A DNA stretch of 64,000 bases. Origin: Mustelus asterias (Eukaryota). Position 1 is the first letter of the stretch, and the number at the start of each line of letters is the position of its first letter. Shown here in pieces: positions 1 through 11,639 of the stretch. The notes beneath the pieces were generated by a model. The model was not told the DNA's origin. It did not search any database and worked only from the letters and a program-made list of their open reading frames with translations. The position numbers were made by a program, and so were the translations under genes. The stretch lies in NCBI RefSeq assembly GCF_964213995.1, contig NW_027590119.1, positions 2,852,001 through 2,916,000 of the forward strand, in the 5' to 3' direction.

Positions 1-989
1 AGGGCAAAGTTCAATTTTACAGTTTAAGGGTTATGTTCCCTACAAAAAAGTGTTTCGTCATTGTTGCTTCCAGTTTGTTGGAGTAGAAGTCATAAAACTT
101 GAAGTTTTGTCATGTGATTCTTTGATTTACACATTGAGTTTAGAATTCATTTCTTTAAATTACTGATCATTACAGAGATCCTAATAATTCATTCAAAGCC
201 CTGTGTTTTGACTTCCCATTTGAGCCTGGGGCACCTTTCTGTCTCTCTATTGCTCGTGTCAATGACAGCCAGGCGACGGAGCTGAGGGCTGAATTTAGCT
301 GAGAATAATGAGGCCTGCGCCCCAGTTGGGAAACTGCAATGTATGTTGCAGTAATCGAGAGACAGGAAGGTGCTGGAGGACTGAGTGAGAAATGGGCCTC
401 CAACCAATTGTTATATCGGTCACTCAGAGCTAAAGAGAAACTCGTCTCTTTAAATACATATACAGGGAAGAGGCTGCAATGAAATCTGCCCCTTTTAACA
501 CGCACAAAAGCTGGAGGATGAGATTGGCAGGCTACAGGAGGACTCCATTCAGCCCATCATCCTCCTGCTATCTCTTTGAAAGAACTCTCTGATTCACCCA
601 ACTGCACTGTTCTTTCCCCAAATTCTTCCCACTCAAGTCTTTACCCTTTGGAGGTAAACTATTGAATCTGCTTTCAGGCAGATCAGAACAACTCACTGTG
701 TCAAAAAATAAAATCTCATCTCCCCCTCTGGCTCCTTTGCCAATTACCTTTGAGGGACTCACTTTCTGTTAAAGAGCCTGCCAACCCCTCTCACCCACTT
801 TCCCTAAAGTGCATCAATCTCATCAGGAAAAGTCCAGAAAAATCAAATATTTTTACTGATAAAAGTTTATTAATGAAACAGAACATGGTTAAAACAAACA
901 GAAAATGACTTGAGGATCAAAGACAACCAGAGTAAAAGGATGTTCACAATGTTCTGGACACAAATGGTTTCTCTTTAATTCATCTGTAG

Positions 990-1625
990 CCTGTTCCCTG
1001 CCCTCTTTGTGGAACACCTCCGCTCAATCCACAAGCATGACCCTGACCTTCCGCTTGCCATTAGAATTCACCACCTTGCTCTCACACTCACATTTCTGTC
1101 CTCGGCCTGCTGCAATGTTCCGGAGAAGCCCAACACAAGCTGGACAAACAGCCCCTCATCTTCCGATGAGGCACTTTACAGCCTTCTGGACTCAACATTT
1201 AGGTCAACAACTTCACACCCTGAACTCTCTCCTCCATTTTGATTTGTTGTTTTTTGCCGAGTGCCAGTCTACACCTTGTTTTCATGTATTTTTGCTTCCA
1301 GACAGAGCTGTCCTTTATTCTGCCATTAACACTTACTCTGGACCAATGCTTTGTTTCTTTACCACAACCATTACCTCTCCCTTTGCCTTGGGTTCCGGGA
1401 TATTTTTGTCATTTAATCTCACCCACCCCCTAACCAATTCCTGACTTTCCCTTTTGTCCTACCTGACCCTACCCCCTTTCTCACCAGCATCAAACCCATC
1501 ACATTTCTCCCTCTCTTTAGTTCTGAAGTAGAGTTACATTGGACGTGAAACATTAACTCTGTTTCTCTCTCCACAGATGCTGCCAGACCTGCTGTGTTTT
1601 TCCAGTTCTTTCTGTATTTATTTTT
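990..1625 (+). mobile_element. Penelope-like element 3' fragment (end of GIY-YIG region plus terminal repeat), degenerate
   Basis: Frameshifted translation EHLRSIHKHDPDLP..LGLLQC..LIFR..L..GLN resembles the PLE endonuclease C-terminus. It is followed by the tail TCTCTCTCCACAGATGCTGCCAGACCTGCTG, which recurs elsewhere in the window. Confidence 0.7.
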
Positions 1626-1889
1626 GATCTACCTGTAGTGATAGGAAAAACACTATTTACTATCCCAGAAAAATAAATGTCCTTCATCAGCTTTTGTGGA
1701 TCAGTTCAGTGGAAATGTGCTCTCCCAGGCTCAAAGAGCATCAGCCCACTGGAAGCAAAGTTGTGCGACCGGCCAGTCCAGCAGAAAGAACCTCTCCGAC
1801 CCTCTCACTTCACCAACTGTCAGAATGAACATGGTTCAGTCCTGGATGTGATTAACAGCAGCAAGAACAGCAGAATCCAACTCCTGTCA

Positions 1890-2732
1890 TCACTTATGAA
1901 CTCGCTGGTGTCTCAGCAGGGATGTTGACTGAGTGAATCCCTTTCCACACACAGAGCAGGTGAATGGTCTCTCCCCAGTGTGAACTCGAACGTGTACCTG
2001 CAGTCTGGATAACTGAGTGAATCCCTTCCCACAGTGAGAGCAGGTAAACAGCCCCTCCCCAGTGTGAACCCGCTGGTGTGTCAGCAGGCTGGATGCCCGG
2101 GTGAATCCCTTTCCACACACACAGCAGATAAATGGCCTCTCCCCAATGTGAGTTCGCTGGTGTTCCCGCAGGTTGAATGAATCAGTGAATCCCTTCCCAC
2201 ACACAGAGCAGGTGAATGGTTTCTCCCCAGTGTGAATTCGCTGGTGTCTCTGCAGGTGGGATGATGTTCTAAACCTCTTTGTGCAGTGAGAGCAGCTGAA
2301 CGGCCTCTCCTCGGTGTGAATGTGCTGGTGGTCCCTCAGATCCTGAGACCTTTTGAATTCACTCCCACAGTCGGAGCATTTAAAGGGTCTCTCACTGGTG
2401 TGAACTCGCTGGTGTTCCTGCAGGTTGGATGTTGATCTAAATCTCTTTGAGCATTGAGAGCAGCTGAACGGTTTCTCCTCAGTGTGAATTCGCTCGTGTC
2501 TCAGCAGTTCCTGCGCCCTTTTGAAGCTGCTCCCACAGTCGGAGCATTTAAAGGGTCTCTCATTAGTGTGAGTGACTTTGTGGTTCAACAACTTGGAGAA
2601 ATAAGTGAATCCCATGCCACACACAGAGCAGGTGAATGGCCACTCCTCAGTGTGAATACGTCGGTGAATTTCCAGCCGAGATGGGAATCTGAATCCCTTC
2701 CCACAGTCCCCACATTTCCATGGATTCTCCAT
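1890..2732 (-). CDS. C2H2 zinc-finger protein, 10 fingers, no effector domain visible (ZNF unit 1)
   Basis: ORF 1890..2768. ATG of MENPWKC at 2732 in ACCATGG context. Ten C-x2-C-x12-H-x3-H repeats with TGE(K/R)PF-type linkers. Confidence 0.9.
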   Translation of the reverse strand: MENPWKCGDCGKGFRFPSRLEIHRRIHTEEWPFTCSVCGMGFTYFSKLLNHKVTHTNERPFKCSDCGSSFKRAQELLRHERIHTEEKPFSCSQCSKRFRSTSNLQEHQRVHTSERPFKCSDCGSEFKRSQDLRDHQHIHTEERPFSCSHCTKRFRTSSHLQRHQRIHTGEKPFTCSVCGKGFTDSFNLREHQRTHIGERPFICCVCGKGFTRASSLLTHQRVHTGEGLFTCSHCGKGFTQLSRLQVHVRVHTGERPFTCSVCGKGFTQSTSLLRHQRVHK

Positions 2733-3534
2733 GGTGCGGGTGTCCTTGTGACTCTCCAGGTTAAACAATCAGTTAAACCTCACACAGAACACAGGTACAG
2801 TCTCTGCCCACTGTGAATGCTGTGATGTATTTTCAGGCTATATAACTGGTTAAAGCTCTTTCCACAGTCAGTGCACTGGAACACTCTCACTCGGGTGTGT
2901 GTGCGTTGGTGCTTTTCCAGTCACACTGACGTTTAACGCCTTCTGAAGCAGACAGAACAGAGAAACATTTCTCCTTCTAGATGCAAAGGCCGATGGTATT
3001 CAGGTCCAGATGAATTGAGCGACTGTCAAATCTTGACGTGGCGTATGGTTTGGGATTCTGTCAATGGATCCTAACCTTCTGATATCCTATAAAAAGAGTT
3101 TGCAGCAGACATCACAGTCAGTACAGGATCAAAATTCAGAACAGATAATTCTAGTTTCGATAGAACATTCTTTCCCCACTCATTCCCCTAAATCTGTAAG
3201 TTGGTTAAGATATGGGGGTAGTGATTAGTCATGCTCCTGAACTTGCTGCCTGTGAGGGTAGTCAAGCAGAGATGATCAGTAATTTCTCAATGAGATTGGA
3301 TGGGTGCTGCAGGGTTACAGAATGGGACCCTCTCCAGACTGACAGAATTGCTCGACAGAGAGTCAGCAGGGCCTCGAATTGTCCAATGGACTCCTCCTCT
3401 GCTGTAATGACTCTGACTGGAAATATATAACGTAGCTACAGTACTACATTACAAGACAAGAAATAATAATAAATGTACTTTATTATAGAACCATCCAATA
3501 TTTATCACATAACCACACTGTCATAATTCTGTCC

Positions 3535-4435
3535 TCAGAGTTTTAAAGCACAGCAAGAGGCCCTTTGGCCCATCGTATTTGTGCTAGCTCTCAAGCACCA
3601 ATCTGTTCTAATCCCACCTTTCACCACTTGGTCAGTAGCAGCCTTATATGTTATGACATTTCAAGTACTTATCTAAATGCTTCTTAATGTTGAGCGTTCC
3701 CACCTCTCTCACCCTTTCCGGCAGTGAGTTCCCGATTCCCACCACCCTCTGGGTGAAAATCTTTTCCCTCAAATCCCCTCTAAATTTCCTGCCCCTCACT
3801 TAAATCTATGTCTCTGGATATTGACCCAGTTACTCAAGGTCAGTGAATGGAGGGTTCATATTTTTGTACATCTCAATCAGGCCCCCCCTCAGCCTTCTCT
3901 GCTTTAGGGAGACCAATTCGAGCCTCACCAGCCTCTCTTCATGACTGACACGTTCCAGCCCAGGCAGCATCCTGGTGAATCTCCTCTGCACCTTCTCCAG
4001 TGCAATCACATCCTTCCTAAAGTGTGGCGACCCGAACTGCAGACAGTACTCCAGCATTTTATACACTCAATCAAAACCTGCCTGCTGTAATATTTGATGC
4101 TTTGGCTAAAAAAGACAAGTATCCCATATCCCTTCTTAACCACTTTATCAATCTGTCCTGCTGGCTTCAGGGTCCTATGGACATGCACCCCAAGGTCCCT
4201 CTGGTCCTCTGTACTTCCTGACGGCCTATTGTTCATTATCTGTTCCCTTGCCTTGTTCGTTCTTCCAAAATGCATCACCTCAGACATTTCAGGGTTAAAT
4301 TACATTTGCCACTATTCTGCCCACCTAACCAGCTCGCCCACATCATCCTGTAATCTAAGGCTTTCCTCCTCGCTATTTACCACATCACTAATTTTTGGAC
4401 CATCAGCAAACTTACTGATCGAACCCCCACATTCA
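3535..4435 (-). mobile_element. CR1 LINE 3' fragment (RT C-terminus and tail), degenerate
   Basis: ORFs give KFADGPKI, EVMHFGRTN, LEYCLQFGSPHFRKDVIALEKVQRRFTRMLPG. Confidence 0.9.
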
Positions 4436-4439
4436 TATC

Positions 4440-4755
4440 CACAGGAAGCTCCACGCGGCCATTGACACAGGGCACGGACTCTGATTGGCTGGAGGACCAT
4501 CGCCCATCCGGTCCTCCAAGCGTTGCCATTGGTCAATCTGCCGCATGTAGACAATGAGGGGGCGGAGCCTGAGCCCACGTGGGGGTGGGCGGGGCTTTGA
4601 CCGCCAGCCGCGCTGAGCTGGTGTCCAATCCGCAGTGTTTTGCTTCTGTAACCAGTGATATTGCTACCAATGGGACACTGTGTGCTGGGAACGCCCCTCT
4701 GAGTCATTGTGACGGCACAATGGAGCCCTGCCTGAATCAGCCAATAGCGAAGGAA
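4440..4755. promoter_or_regulatory. CpG-rich ZNF promoter-type module
   Basis: CCAAT boxes, GGGGCGG boxes, and TGTGACGGCACAATGGAGCCCTGCCTGAATCAGCCAATAG, homologous to 11680-11720 and 45700-45740. Confidence 0.55.
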
Positions 4756-4759
4756 ATTC

Positions 4760-5730
4760 GACATGTCAACTATGACTCTGACCAATTTTTACAGGGACAC
4801 TACAAGGGGTGTGAATGTGGCCCAGTCCATCACGCAAATCAGCCTCTTATCCATTGACACTGTCTACATTTCCTATTGCCTCAGAAAAGCAGCCAGCATA
4901 ATCAAGGACCCCACTTATCCTGGACATTCTCTTTTCTATCTTCTTCCATCGGGAAAAAGAGACAAAAGTCTGAGGTCACAAACCAACCGACTCAAGAACA
5001 GCTTCTTCCCTGCTGCTGTCAGACTTTTACAAACAAAGAACAAAGAAAATTACAGCACAGGAACAGGCCCTTCGACCTTTCAAGCCTGCACCGACTATGC
5101 TGCCTGACTGAACTAAAACCCCCTACCCTTCCGGGAACCATATCCCTCCATTCCCATCCTATTCATGTATTTGTCAAGATGCCTCTTAAAAGTCACTGTC
5201 ATATCTGCTTCCACTACCTTCCCTGGCAGCGAGTTCCCGGCACCCACTACTCTCTGTATAAAAAAACTTGCCTCGTACATCTCCTTTAAACCTTGCCCCT
5301 CACACCTTAAACCTGTGCCCCCTAGTAAGTGACTCTTCAACCCTGGGAAAAAGCTTCTGATTATCCACTCTGTCCATGCCCCTCATAATCTTGTAGACTT
5401 CTATCAGGTCGCCCCTCAATCTCCGTTGTTCCAGTGAGAACAAACCAAGTTTCTCCAACCTCTCTTCATAACTAATGCCCTTCATACCAGGCAACATCCT
5501 GGTAAATCTTTTCTGTACCCTCTCCAAAGCCTCCTCCTTTTGAATGGACCGACCTCATATTAAGCTGATCTTTCTCTTCACCCTTTCTGTAACTGTAACA
5601 CTATATTCTGCACTCTCTCCTTTCCTACTCCCCTATGTACTCTATGAACAGTATGATTTATCTGTATACCGCGCAAGAAACAATACTTTTCACTGTATCC
5701 CAATACATGTGACAATAAATCAAATCAAAC
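4760..5730 (+). mobile_element. Rex1/Babar-like LINE 3' end, interrupted by a CR1 fragment
   Basis: AASIIKDPTYPGHSLFYLLPSGKR..SLRSQTNRLKNSFFPAAVRLL. The sequence resumes at about 5540 and ends CATGTGACAATAAATCAAATCAAA. Confidence 0.8.
5029..5537 (-). mobile_element. CR1 LINE 3' end nested in the Rex1-like element
   Basis: ERVQKRFTRMLPGMKGISYEERLEKLGLFSLEQRRLRGDLIEVYKIM and a (TTCTTTG)n-type tail at about 5030-5050. Confidence 0.9.
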
Positions 5731-5754
5731 CCATTGCTGCATTTCCTTCCTGAA

Positions 5755-6470
5755 GCCACATTTGTCCAGTAGGGCCTGTCCTCGGGAGAAAGCGCTGCAG
5801 CTGCCGTTGTGTTGGGTGTTGAGGCGGTGCCGCTAGTTCCTTATTGGGGGTGTTGAAGCCTCCACTGGGTGTGTGGAGCCTCCCCTCCCACCCACTGCCC
5901 CTAACGCTGCCTCCGCTTATCCGCCTCCTCCCCGCCTGAAGATCAGACAAACAAGCGCCTGTCCCTGGACATGAGCCGCACTGCGCATGCTCAACGTCAC
6001 AATGCCCAGGGACTGATTGACGGCAGCTCCGGACCAATAGAGAAAGGGGGCGGGGCTGGAGGACCGAGCGGGAGCGGCTGGTCCTCCAACCAGGGTGAAT
6101 AGAGTGAAGCATGCGCAGTGTGGGTAATGGCGGCGGACGGACGGTTTTAACTCGAATCCGAGATCAGTTCAAGGTAAAGGAGAGCGATGAATGTGGTGGG
6201 TGGGTGGAGAGGCTTCGTAAACATGTTGTTCAAACTCAAACTTCGGGAAAATAACTTCCCGGGCGTCCTGTTGGTACCAAATTGGAGGCGCAACTTGTCG
6301 TGTTGGGCCTGGACTGACGGCCGTCAATCTGTCGGTGGCAATGTGTGTCAGTGCGCATGTGCGGCCGGCATCTTTGTAAGGGGCAATGTGCAGCAGGGTG
6401 CAGGTGCGATCGCCATGTTTGTAGGGGGCGCAGGAGTGTCCACCTTTGTGATGTATGGGACCTGAACCCA
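5755..6470. promoter_or_regulatory. CpG-island promoter between divergent ZNF units 1 (-) and 2 (+)
   Basis: TGCGCATG (NRF1-like), CCAAT, GGGGCGGGG and AATGGCGG (YY1-like) motifs. Homologous to 43930-44380 and 63430-63746. Confidence 0.7.
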
Positions 6471-6571
6471 CTGCCGTCCATGTTGTGCAAGTACATCCAC
6501 CCCGCTGGTAGGGAGGAAATTCCAGCATTTTGACCCAGCGACTGCGAAGGAACGGCGATATATTTCCAAGA

Positions 6572-7382
6572 TGTGGAGATGCCGGTGTTGGATTGGGGTA
6601 AACACAGTAAGAAGTCTCACAACACCAGGTTAAAGTCCAACAGGTTTATTTGGGAGCATAAGCCACTAGGTTTCAGAGCGCTGCTTTTTCATCACGTAAG
6701 TGGGAGTTCTGTTCACAAACAGGGCATATAAAGACACAAACTCAATTTACAAAATAATGGTTGGAATACGAGTCTTTACAGGTAATCAAGTCTTTAAAGG
6801 TACAGACAATGTGAGTGGAGAAAGGGTTAAGCACAGGTTAAAGAAATGTGTATTGTCTCCAGACAGGACAGTTAGTGAGATTTTGCAAGCCCTGGCAAGT
6901 CGTGGGGGTTACAGATAGTGTGACATGAACCCAAGATCCCGGTTGAGGCCGTCCTCGTGTGCGGAACTTGGCTATCAGTTTCTGCTCAGCGACTCTGCGT
7001 TGTCGTGTGTCGTGAAGGCCACCTTGGAGAACGCAGAGACTGATAGCCAAGTTCCGCACACATGAGGACAGCCTCACTAACTGTCCTGGCTGGAGACGAT
7101 ACATATCTCTTTAACCTGCGCTTAACGCTCCCTCCACTTGCATTGTCTGTACCTTTAAGACTTGATTACCTGTAAAGACTCGCATTCCAACCATGATTTT
7201 GTAAATTGAGTTTGTGTCTTTATATGCCCTGTTTGTGAACTGAAATCCCATTCACCTGACGAAGGAGCAGCTCTCCGAAAGCTAGTGGCTTTTGCTACCA
7301 AATAAACCTGTTAGACTTTAAACTGGTGTTGTGAGACTTCTTATTGTGTTTACCCGAGTCCAACACCGGCATCTCCACATCA
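6572..7382. mobile_element. Penelope-like element termini in inverted arrangement
   Basis: 6572-7030 is the reverse complement of the terminal unit at 7035-7382 (CCAAATAAACCTGTT..ACTTTAA..GGTGTTGTGAGACTTCTT). Minus ORF has LQGGLHDTRQRRVAEQKLIAKFRT. Confidence 0.85.
7253..7287 (+). ncRNA. Minimal type-I hammerhead ribozyme motif (Penelope-associated)
   Basis: CAC CTGACGA A GGAG cagct CTCC GAAA GCT A GTG: both catalytic boxes, stem II, palindromic AGCT stem III and CAC/GTG stem I. Confidence 0.75.
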
Positions 7383-7384
7383 TT

Positions 7385-7980
7385 CTCGGTGTAAATAGGA
7401 GGGGATGTGTTTGGAGACAGAATGTTCCAGTTTTCACCCTGACATTCCCAGTATGAATAAGATGCTAGACCAAATGGGGATGTTTTAAGACATCATTTCA
7501 TTGCCTGGTCACTAACCTCCTTGAGCTCAGCTCATTCTGGGCTAGGAGTGTTTGATGGGGTGGTGTAGAGGGAGTTTATGAAAACTGTGCCTACTCTCTG
7601 GCGCTGTTTGGGGACAGGATATCCCAATTCTCCATCTTTAAAAGGTCAAAGAGAGGACCTGCTGGATTAAATGGTGTTGCTTTATGACATAATTTAATCG
7701 CCTGGTAACTAACCTCCTGGAACCCAGCTCGTTATGGGCTGGGAGTGTTTGGTGGGGCAATGCAGATGGAGTTTTTCTTATCTAAAGTGTTCCTCCTCTC
7801 TGACACTGTTTGATGTGGCACATAATGGGAGTTTTCCTTTGTACCTAGCTTGGGTAGTGCTTCCCCGGGAGTTTTTCACAGGATGATTTGGAGAGAACTT
7901 TCCTCTGTACCTTAGATGGGTTGTACATACCTTAGGAGTGTTTGATGGGAAAGTGTAGAGGGAGCCTTGCACTGTCCCTC
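7385..7980 (+). repeat. Degenerate tandem/satellite-like repeat
   Basis: Recurrent GGAGTGTTTGATGGG..GTGTAGAGGGAG motif at about 7545, 7741 and 7934. Internal duplication of about 195 bp (7490-7580 vs 7685-7775). Confidence 0.6.
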
Positions 7981-8032
7981 AAGTGTTGCAATTACCCTGC
8001 ATGATTTCTACTTCACAACATGTGCATTAAAT

Positions 8033-8255
8033 TTTGATTTGATTTATTGTCAAATGTATTGGGATACGCTGAAAAGTATTGTTTCTGGCACGCTATACAG
8101 ACAAAGCATACCTTTCATGGAGTACATGGGGAGAAGGAAAGGATAGGGTGCAGGTACAGGTAGGGTGAAGAGAAAGATCAGCTTAATATATGATAGGACC
8201 ATTCAAACATGACAGTCGGAAGAAGTTGTTCTTGAGTCGTTTGGTACATGTTTTC
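8033..8255 (-). mobile_element. Rex1-like LINE 3' tail
   Basis: Reverse complement of the 5540-5730 tail (TTTGATTTGATTTATTGTC..ATGTATTGGGATAC). Confidence 0.75.
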
Positions 8256-8257
8256 AG

Positions 8258-9043
8258 ACCATAGAACCATAGAACATTAAAGCACAGAAACAGGCCTTTT
8301 GCCCCTTCTTGGCTGTGCTGAACCATTTTTTTGCCTCGTCCCACTGACATGCACTTGGACCATATCCCTCCACACCCCTCTCATTCATGAACCCGTCCAA
8401 GTTTTTCTTAAATGTTAAAAGCATTCACCACTTTATCCAGCAGCTCATTCCAGACTCCCATCACTCTCTGCGTGAAGAAGCCCCCCCAATATTCCCTTTA
8501 AACTTTTCTCCTTTCACCCTTAACCCATGCCCTCTGGTCTTTTTCTCCCCTAGCCTCAGTGGAAAAAGCCTGCTTGCATTCACTCTATCTATACCCATCA
8601 AAATCTTATACACCTCTATCAAATCTCCCCTCATTCTTCTACATTCCAGGGAATAAAGTCCTAACCTATTCAACTTTTCTCTGTAACTCAGTTTCTCAAG
8701 TCCCGGGAACATCCTTTTAAACCTTCTCTGCACTCTTTCAACCTTATTAATATCCTTCCTGTAATTAGGTGACCAAAACTGCACACAATACTCTAAATCC
8801 GGCCTCACCAATGTCTTATACAACCTCACCATAACACTCCAACTCTCATACTCGATACTTTGATTTATAAAGGCCAATGTACCAAAAGCACTCTTTATGA
8901 CCCTATCTACCTGTGACGCCACTTTTAGGAAATTATGTATCTGTATTCCCAGATCCCTCTGTTCTACTGCACTCTTCAGTGCCGACCATTTACCTTGTAT
9001 GTTCTACCTTGGTTTGTCCTTCCAAAGTGCAATACCTCACACT
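8258..9043 (-). mobile_element. CR1 LINE 3' fragment
   Basis: ORF 8461..8922 contains LYKTLVRPDLEYCVQFWSPNY..RGDLIEVYKIL..TRGH. Confidence 0.92.
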
Positions 9044-9176
9044 TGGTCTGGCCAACATGTGACTCCAAAGCCACAACAATGTGGTTGACTCTCAACTGCC
9101 CTCCAATGGCAACTAGGGATGGGTAATAAATGCTGGCCAGCCAGCAACATCCATGTCCCATAAATGAATAAAAAGA
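9044..9176 (+). mobile_element. Deu-domain SINE 3' fragment
   Basis: TGGTCTGGCCAACATGTGACTCCAAAGCCACAACAATGTGGTTGACTCTCAACTGCCCTC, matching 18421-18480. Confidence 0.6.
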
Positions 9177-9297
9177 ATTCAATTGAACAGCCTGGTGGGC
9201 TGAATTTCTAACTATTTCTTACGATCTGTCAGGAACATGAAATGGTGAGTGTCGATCAGCATTAATTAGCACCTTCAGGAGAATTGGGTAGTGTATA

Positions 9298-9565
9298 TTA
9301 AAGTTTAAAGTTTATTTAATAGTCACAAGTAAGGCTTATATTAACACTGCAATGAAGTTAGTGTGAAATTCCCCTAGTTGTCACACTCCGGCACCTGTTC
9401 GGGTCAATGCACCTAACCAGCACGTCTTTCAGAATGAGGGAGGAAACTCATGCAGACACGGGGAGAACGTGCAAACTCCACACAGACAGTGACCCAAGCC
9501 GGAAATCGAACCCGGGTCCCTGGCACTGTGAGGCAGCAGTGCTAACCACTGTGCCACTGTGCCGC
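9298..9565 (-). mobile_element. tRNA-derived V-SINE (HE1-like head, alternative tail B)
   Basis: Head GGCACAGTGGTTAGCACTGCTGCCTCACAG with B-box GGTTCGATTTCC. Tail ...CTTACTTGTGACTATTAAATAAACTTTAA. Confidence 0.8.
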
Positions 9566-9867
9566 AGAATGCTAAATGGAATGAGAGAGAGAGTGTATGT
9601 GTGAGGGGCGTGGGTGGAGATTTAAAGAATGTTCCATAGAAACTACAATTGTCTGTTTTGAATTACTATCATGTGCTGACAGTGATGATTTTATTGGAAG
9701 GAGAGGTTTGGAAAATGGAAATCTCAAAAGAGTCACTTGATTCATAAGGACATGAAAATCATCAGCCTTTTTAACATCAGTGTGAGTGGAAAAGCACTGA
9801 GATTCTCACACCCGTATCAGAGTGTTCCAGTGCACTGATTGTGGAGAGACACAAGGACTCCGACACC

Positions 9868-10090
9868 ATGGAGAAACCATGGAAATGTGGAGACTGTGGG
9901 AAGGGATTCAGAGCCCCATCTGAGGTGGAATCTCATCGACGCAGTCACACCGGGGAGAGACCGTTCATATGCTCCACTTGTGGGAAGGGATTCAATCATT
10001 CATCGAATCTGCTGAGACACCAGCGAATTCACACTGAGGAGAGGCTAGTCACCTGCTCACAGTGTGGGAAGGGATTCATAGATTCATCCA
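9868..10090 (+). pseudogene. Truncated C2H2 ZNF (unit 2): two fingers plus half a finger
   Basis: [27 protein letters not shown]... breaks after [13 protein letters not shown] into a G tract. Confidence 0.8.
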
Positions 10091-10875
10091 CCCCGGCGGA
10101 GGGGCGGGGGGGGGGGGGGGGGGGGGGGGGGAGCAGGGGGGGAAAGAGAAAGATTGAGAGAGAGAGAAAGATTGAGAGAGAAAGAATCCAACCCCTGTAA
10201 TCGCTTGTGAAATTGTTGGTGTCTCTGCAGGTTGGATGACCGATTGAATCCCTTCCCACACACAGAGCAGGTGAATGGTCTCTCCCCGGTGTGAACTCGC
10301 TGCTGTCTCCGCCGTGTGGATGACCTCCTAAACCTCTTTGAGCAGTGAGAGCAGCTAAACGGTCTCTCGTCAGTGTGAATGGGTTGGTGGACCATCAGTT
10401 CCCCAGAGCTTTTGAAGCCACTCTCACAGTCAGAGCATTTAAAGGGTCTGTCTTGGGTGTGAGTGACCTTGTGGCTCAACAGATTGTTCAACCGAGTGAA
10501 TCCCTTCCCACACACAGAGCAGGTGAATGGCCTCTCCCCGGTGTGAACTTGCTGGTGGGTCAACAGATTGTTCAACCGAGAGAATCCTTTCCCACAGTCA
10601 GAGCAGGTGAACGGCCTCTCCCCGGTGTGAATGCGCTGGTGGGTCAGCAGATTGTTTAACCAAGAGAATCCTTTCCCACACACAGAGCAGGTGAACGGTC
10701 TCGCCCCAGTGTGAACTCCCTGGTGTGTTTGTAAATGGTATAACTGAGTGAATCCCTTCCCACACACAGAGCAGGTGAATGGTCTCTCTCCAGTGTGACT
10801 GTGCCGATGAGTTTCCAGTGCAGATGGGAACCTGAATCCTTTCCCACAGTCCCCACATTTACACAATTTCTCCAT
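10084..10875 (-). CDS. C2H2 ZNF (unit 3), 8 fingers (7th lacks first His); native C-terminus lost, reads through into the G/GA tract
   Basis: ATG of MEKLCKC at 10875. Ends HKRLQGLDS|FSLNL.., whereas paralogs continue GLDSTL.DAVNHIQ*. Confidence 0.7.
   Translation of the reverse strand: MEKLCKCGDCGKGFRFPSALETHRHSHTGERPFTCSVCGKGFTQLYHLQTHQGVHTGARPFTCSVCGKGFSWLNNLLTHQRIHTGERPFTCSDCGKGFSRLNNLLTHQQVHTGERPFTCSVCGKGFTRLNNLLSHKVTHTQDRPFKCSDCESGFKSSGELMVHQPIHTDERPFSCSHCSKRFRRSSTRRRQQRVHTGERPFTCSVCGKGFNRSSNLQRHQQFHKRLQGLDSFSLNLSLSLNLSLSPPAPPPPPPPPPPLRRGG
10091..10185 (+). repeat. Poly-G / GA-rich tract joining two truncated convergent ZNFs
   Basis: About 25 consecutive G, then GAGAAAGATTGAGAGAGA twice. 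Confidence 0.85.
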
Positions 10876-11639
10876 GGTGCGGGTGTCCTTGTGACTCTCC
10901 AGGCTTGACAATCAGTTCAGTTACAACATAACATGGGTGCGGTCTCTCTGCTGCAATGTATTTTCAGGCTGTTTAACTGGTTAAAGTTCTTTCCACAGTC
11001 ACTCAGGTGTGTGCATGTTTCAGTGTGTGTGTGTCTCGGTGCTTTTCCAGTCACACTGTTTAAAATCTCCTGAAGCAGACAGAGCAGAGAAACATTTCCA
11101 TTCTAGATTCAAAGGTCGATGATATTCAGGTCCCAATGAACTGAGTGACTATGTTAGATTTTGATGTGAAGTTTGGTTTCATATTCGTCTTTAAATTTTC
11201 TGATATCCTGCAAAAGGAATTTACAAAAGTCATCAGTGTCAGTACAGGATAGAAATTCAGAACAGACAATTCTAGTTTCTATGGAACATTCTTTTCTCTC
11301 TCATTCCTCAAAGCTGTAAATCTCCATCCCACACACTCTCCCTCCATTCTCACTCTGCTGTATCTAATATTCACCCTCCCAATTCTCCTGAAGGTGCTGA
11401 TTGAGGCTGATTGACAGATCCATGCTCACTGCTTCCTGTCCTGGACACAGAGAGAGCTGGAAATTTCCATGCAGGCTGCCAGACAGATAACTGTCTACAT
11501 TACTGGAGTAAAAATGTGTGGAATATACAGACCAAATTCACTTCATTCCCTTCAGTTGCTGCAAGTCCCCAATTTTCCCCAGAATGAGGAAAGAAATGGA
11601 AAGGGGGAAACATTGATTTCCTCCCAGATGTTGCCCAGA

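Noticed and set aside
1520-1560. Hammerheads in the second PLE-type tail (also about 39645, 45780, 48100)
   Set aside because: Core boxes or stem II are too degenerate to call.
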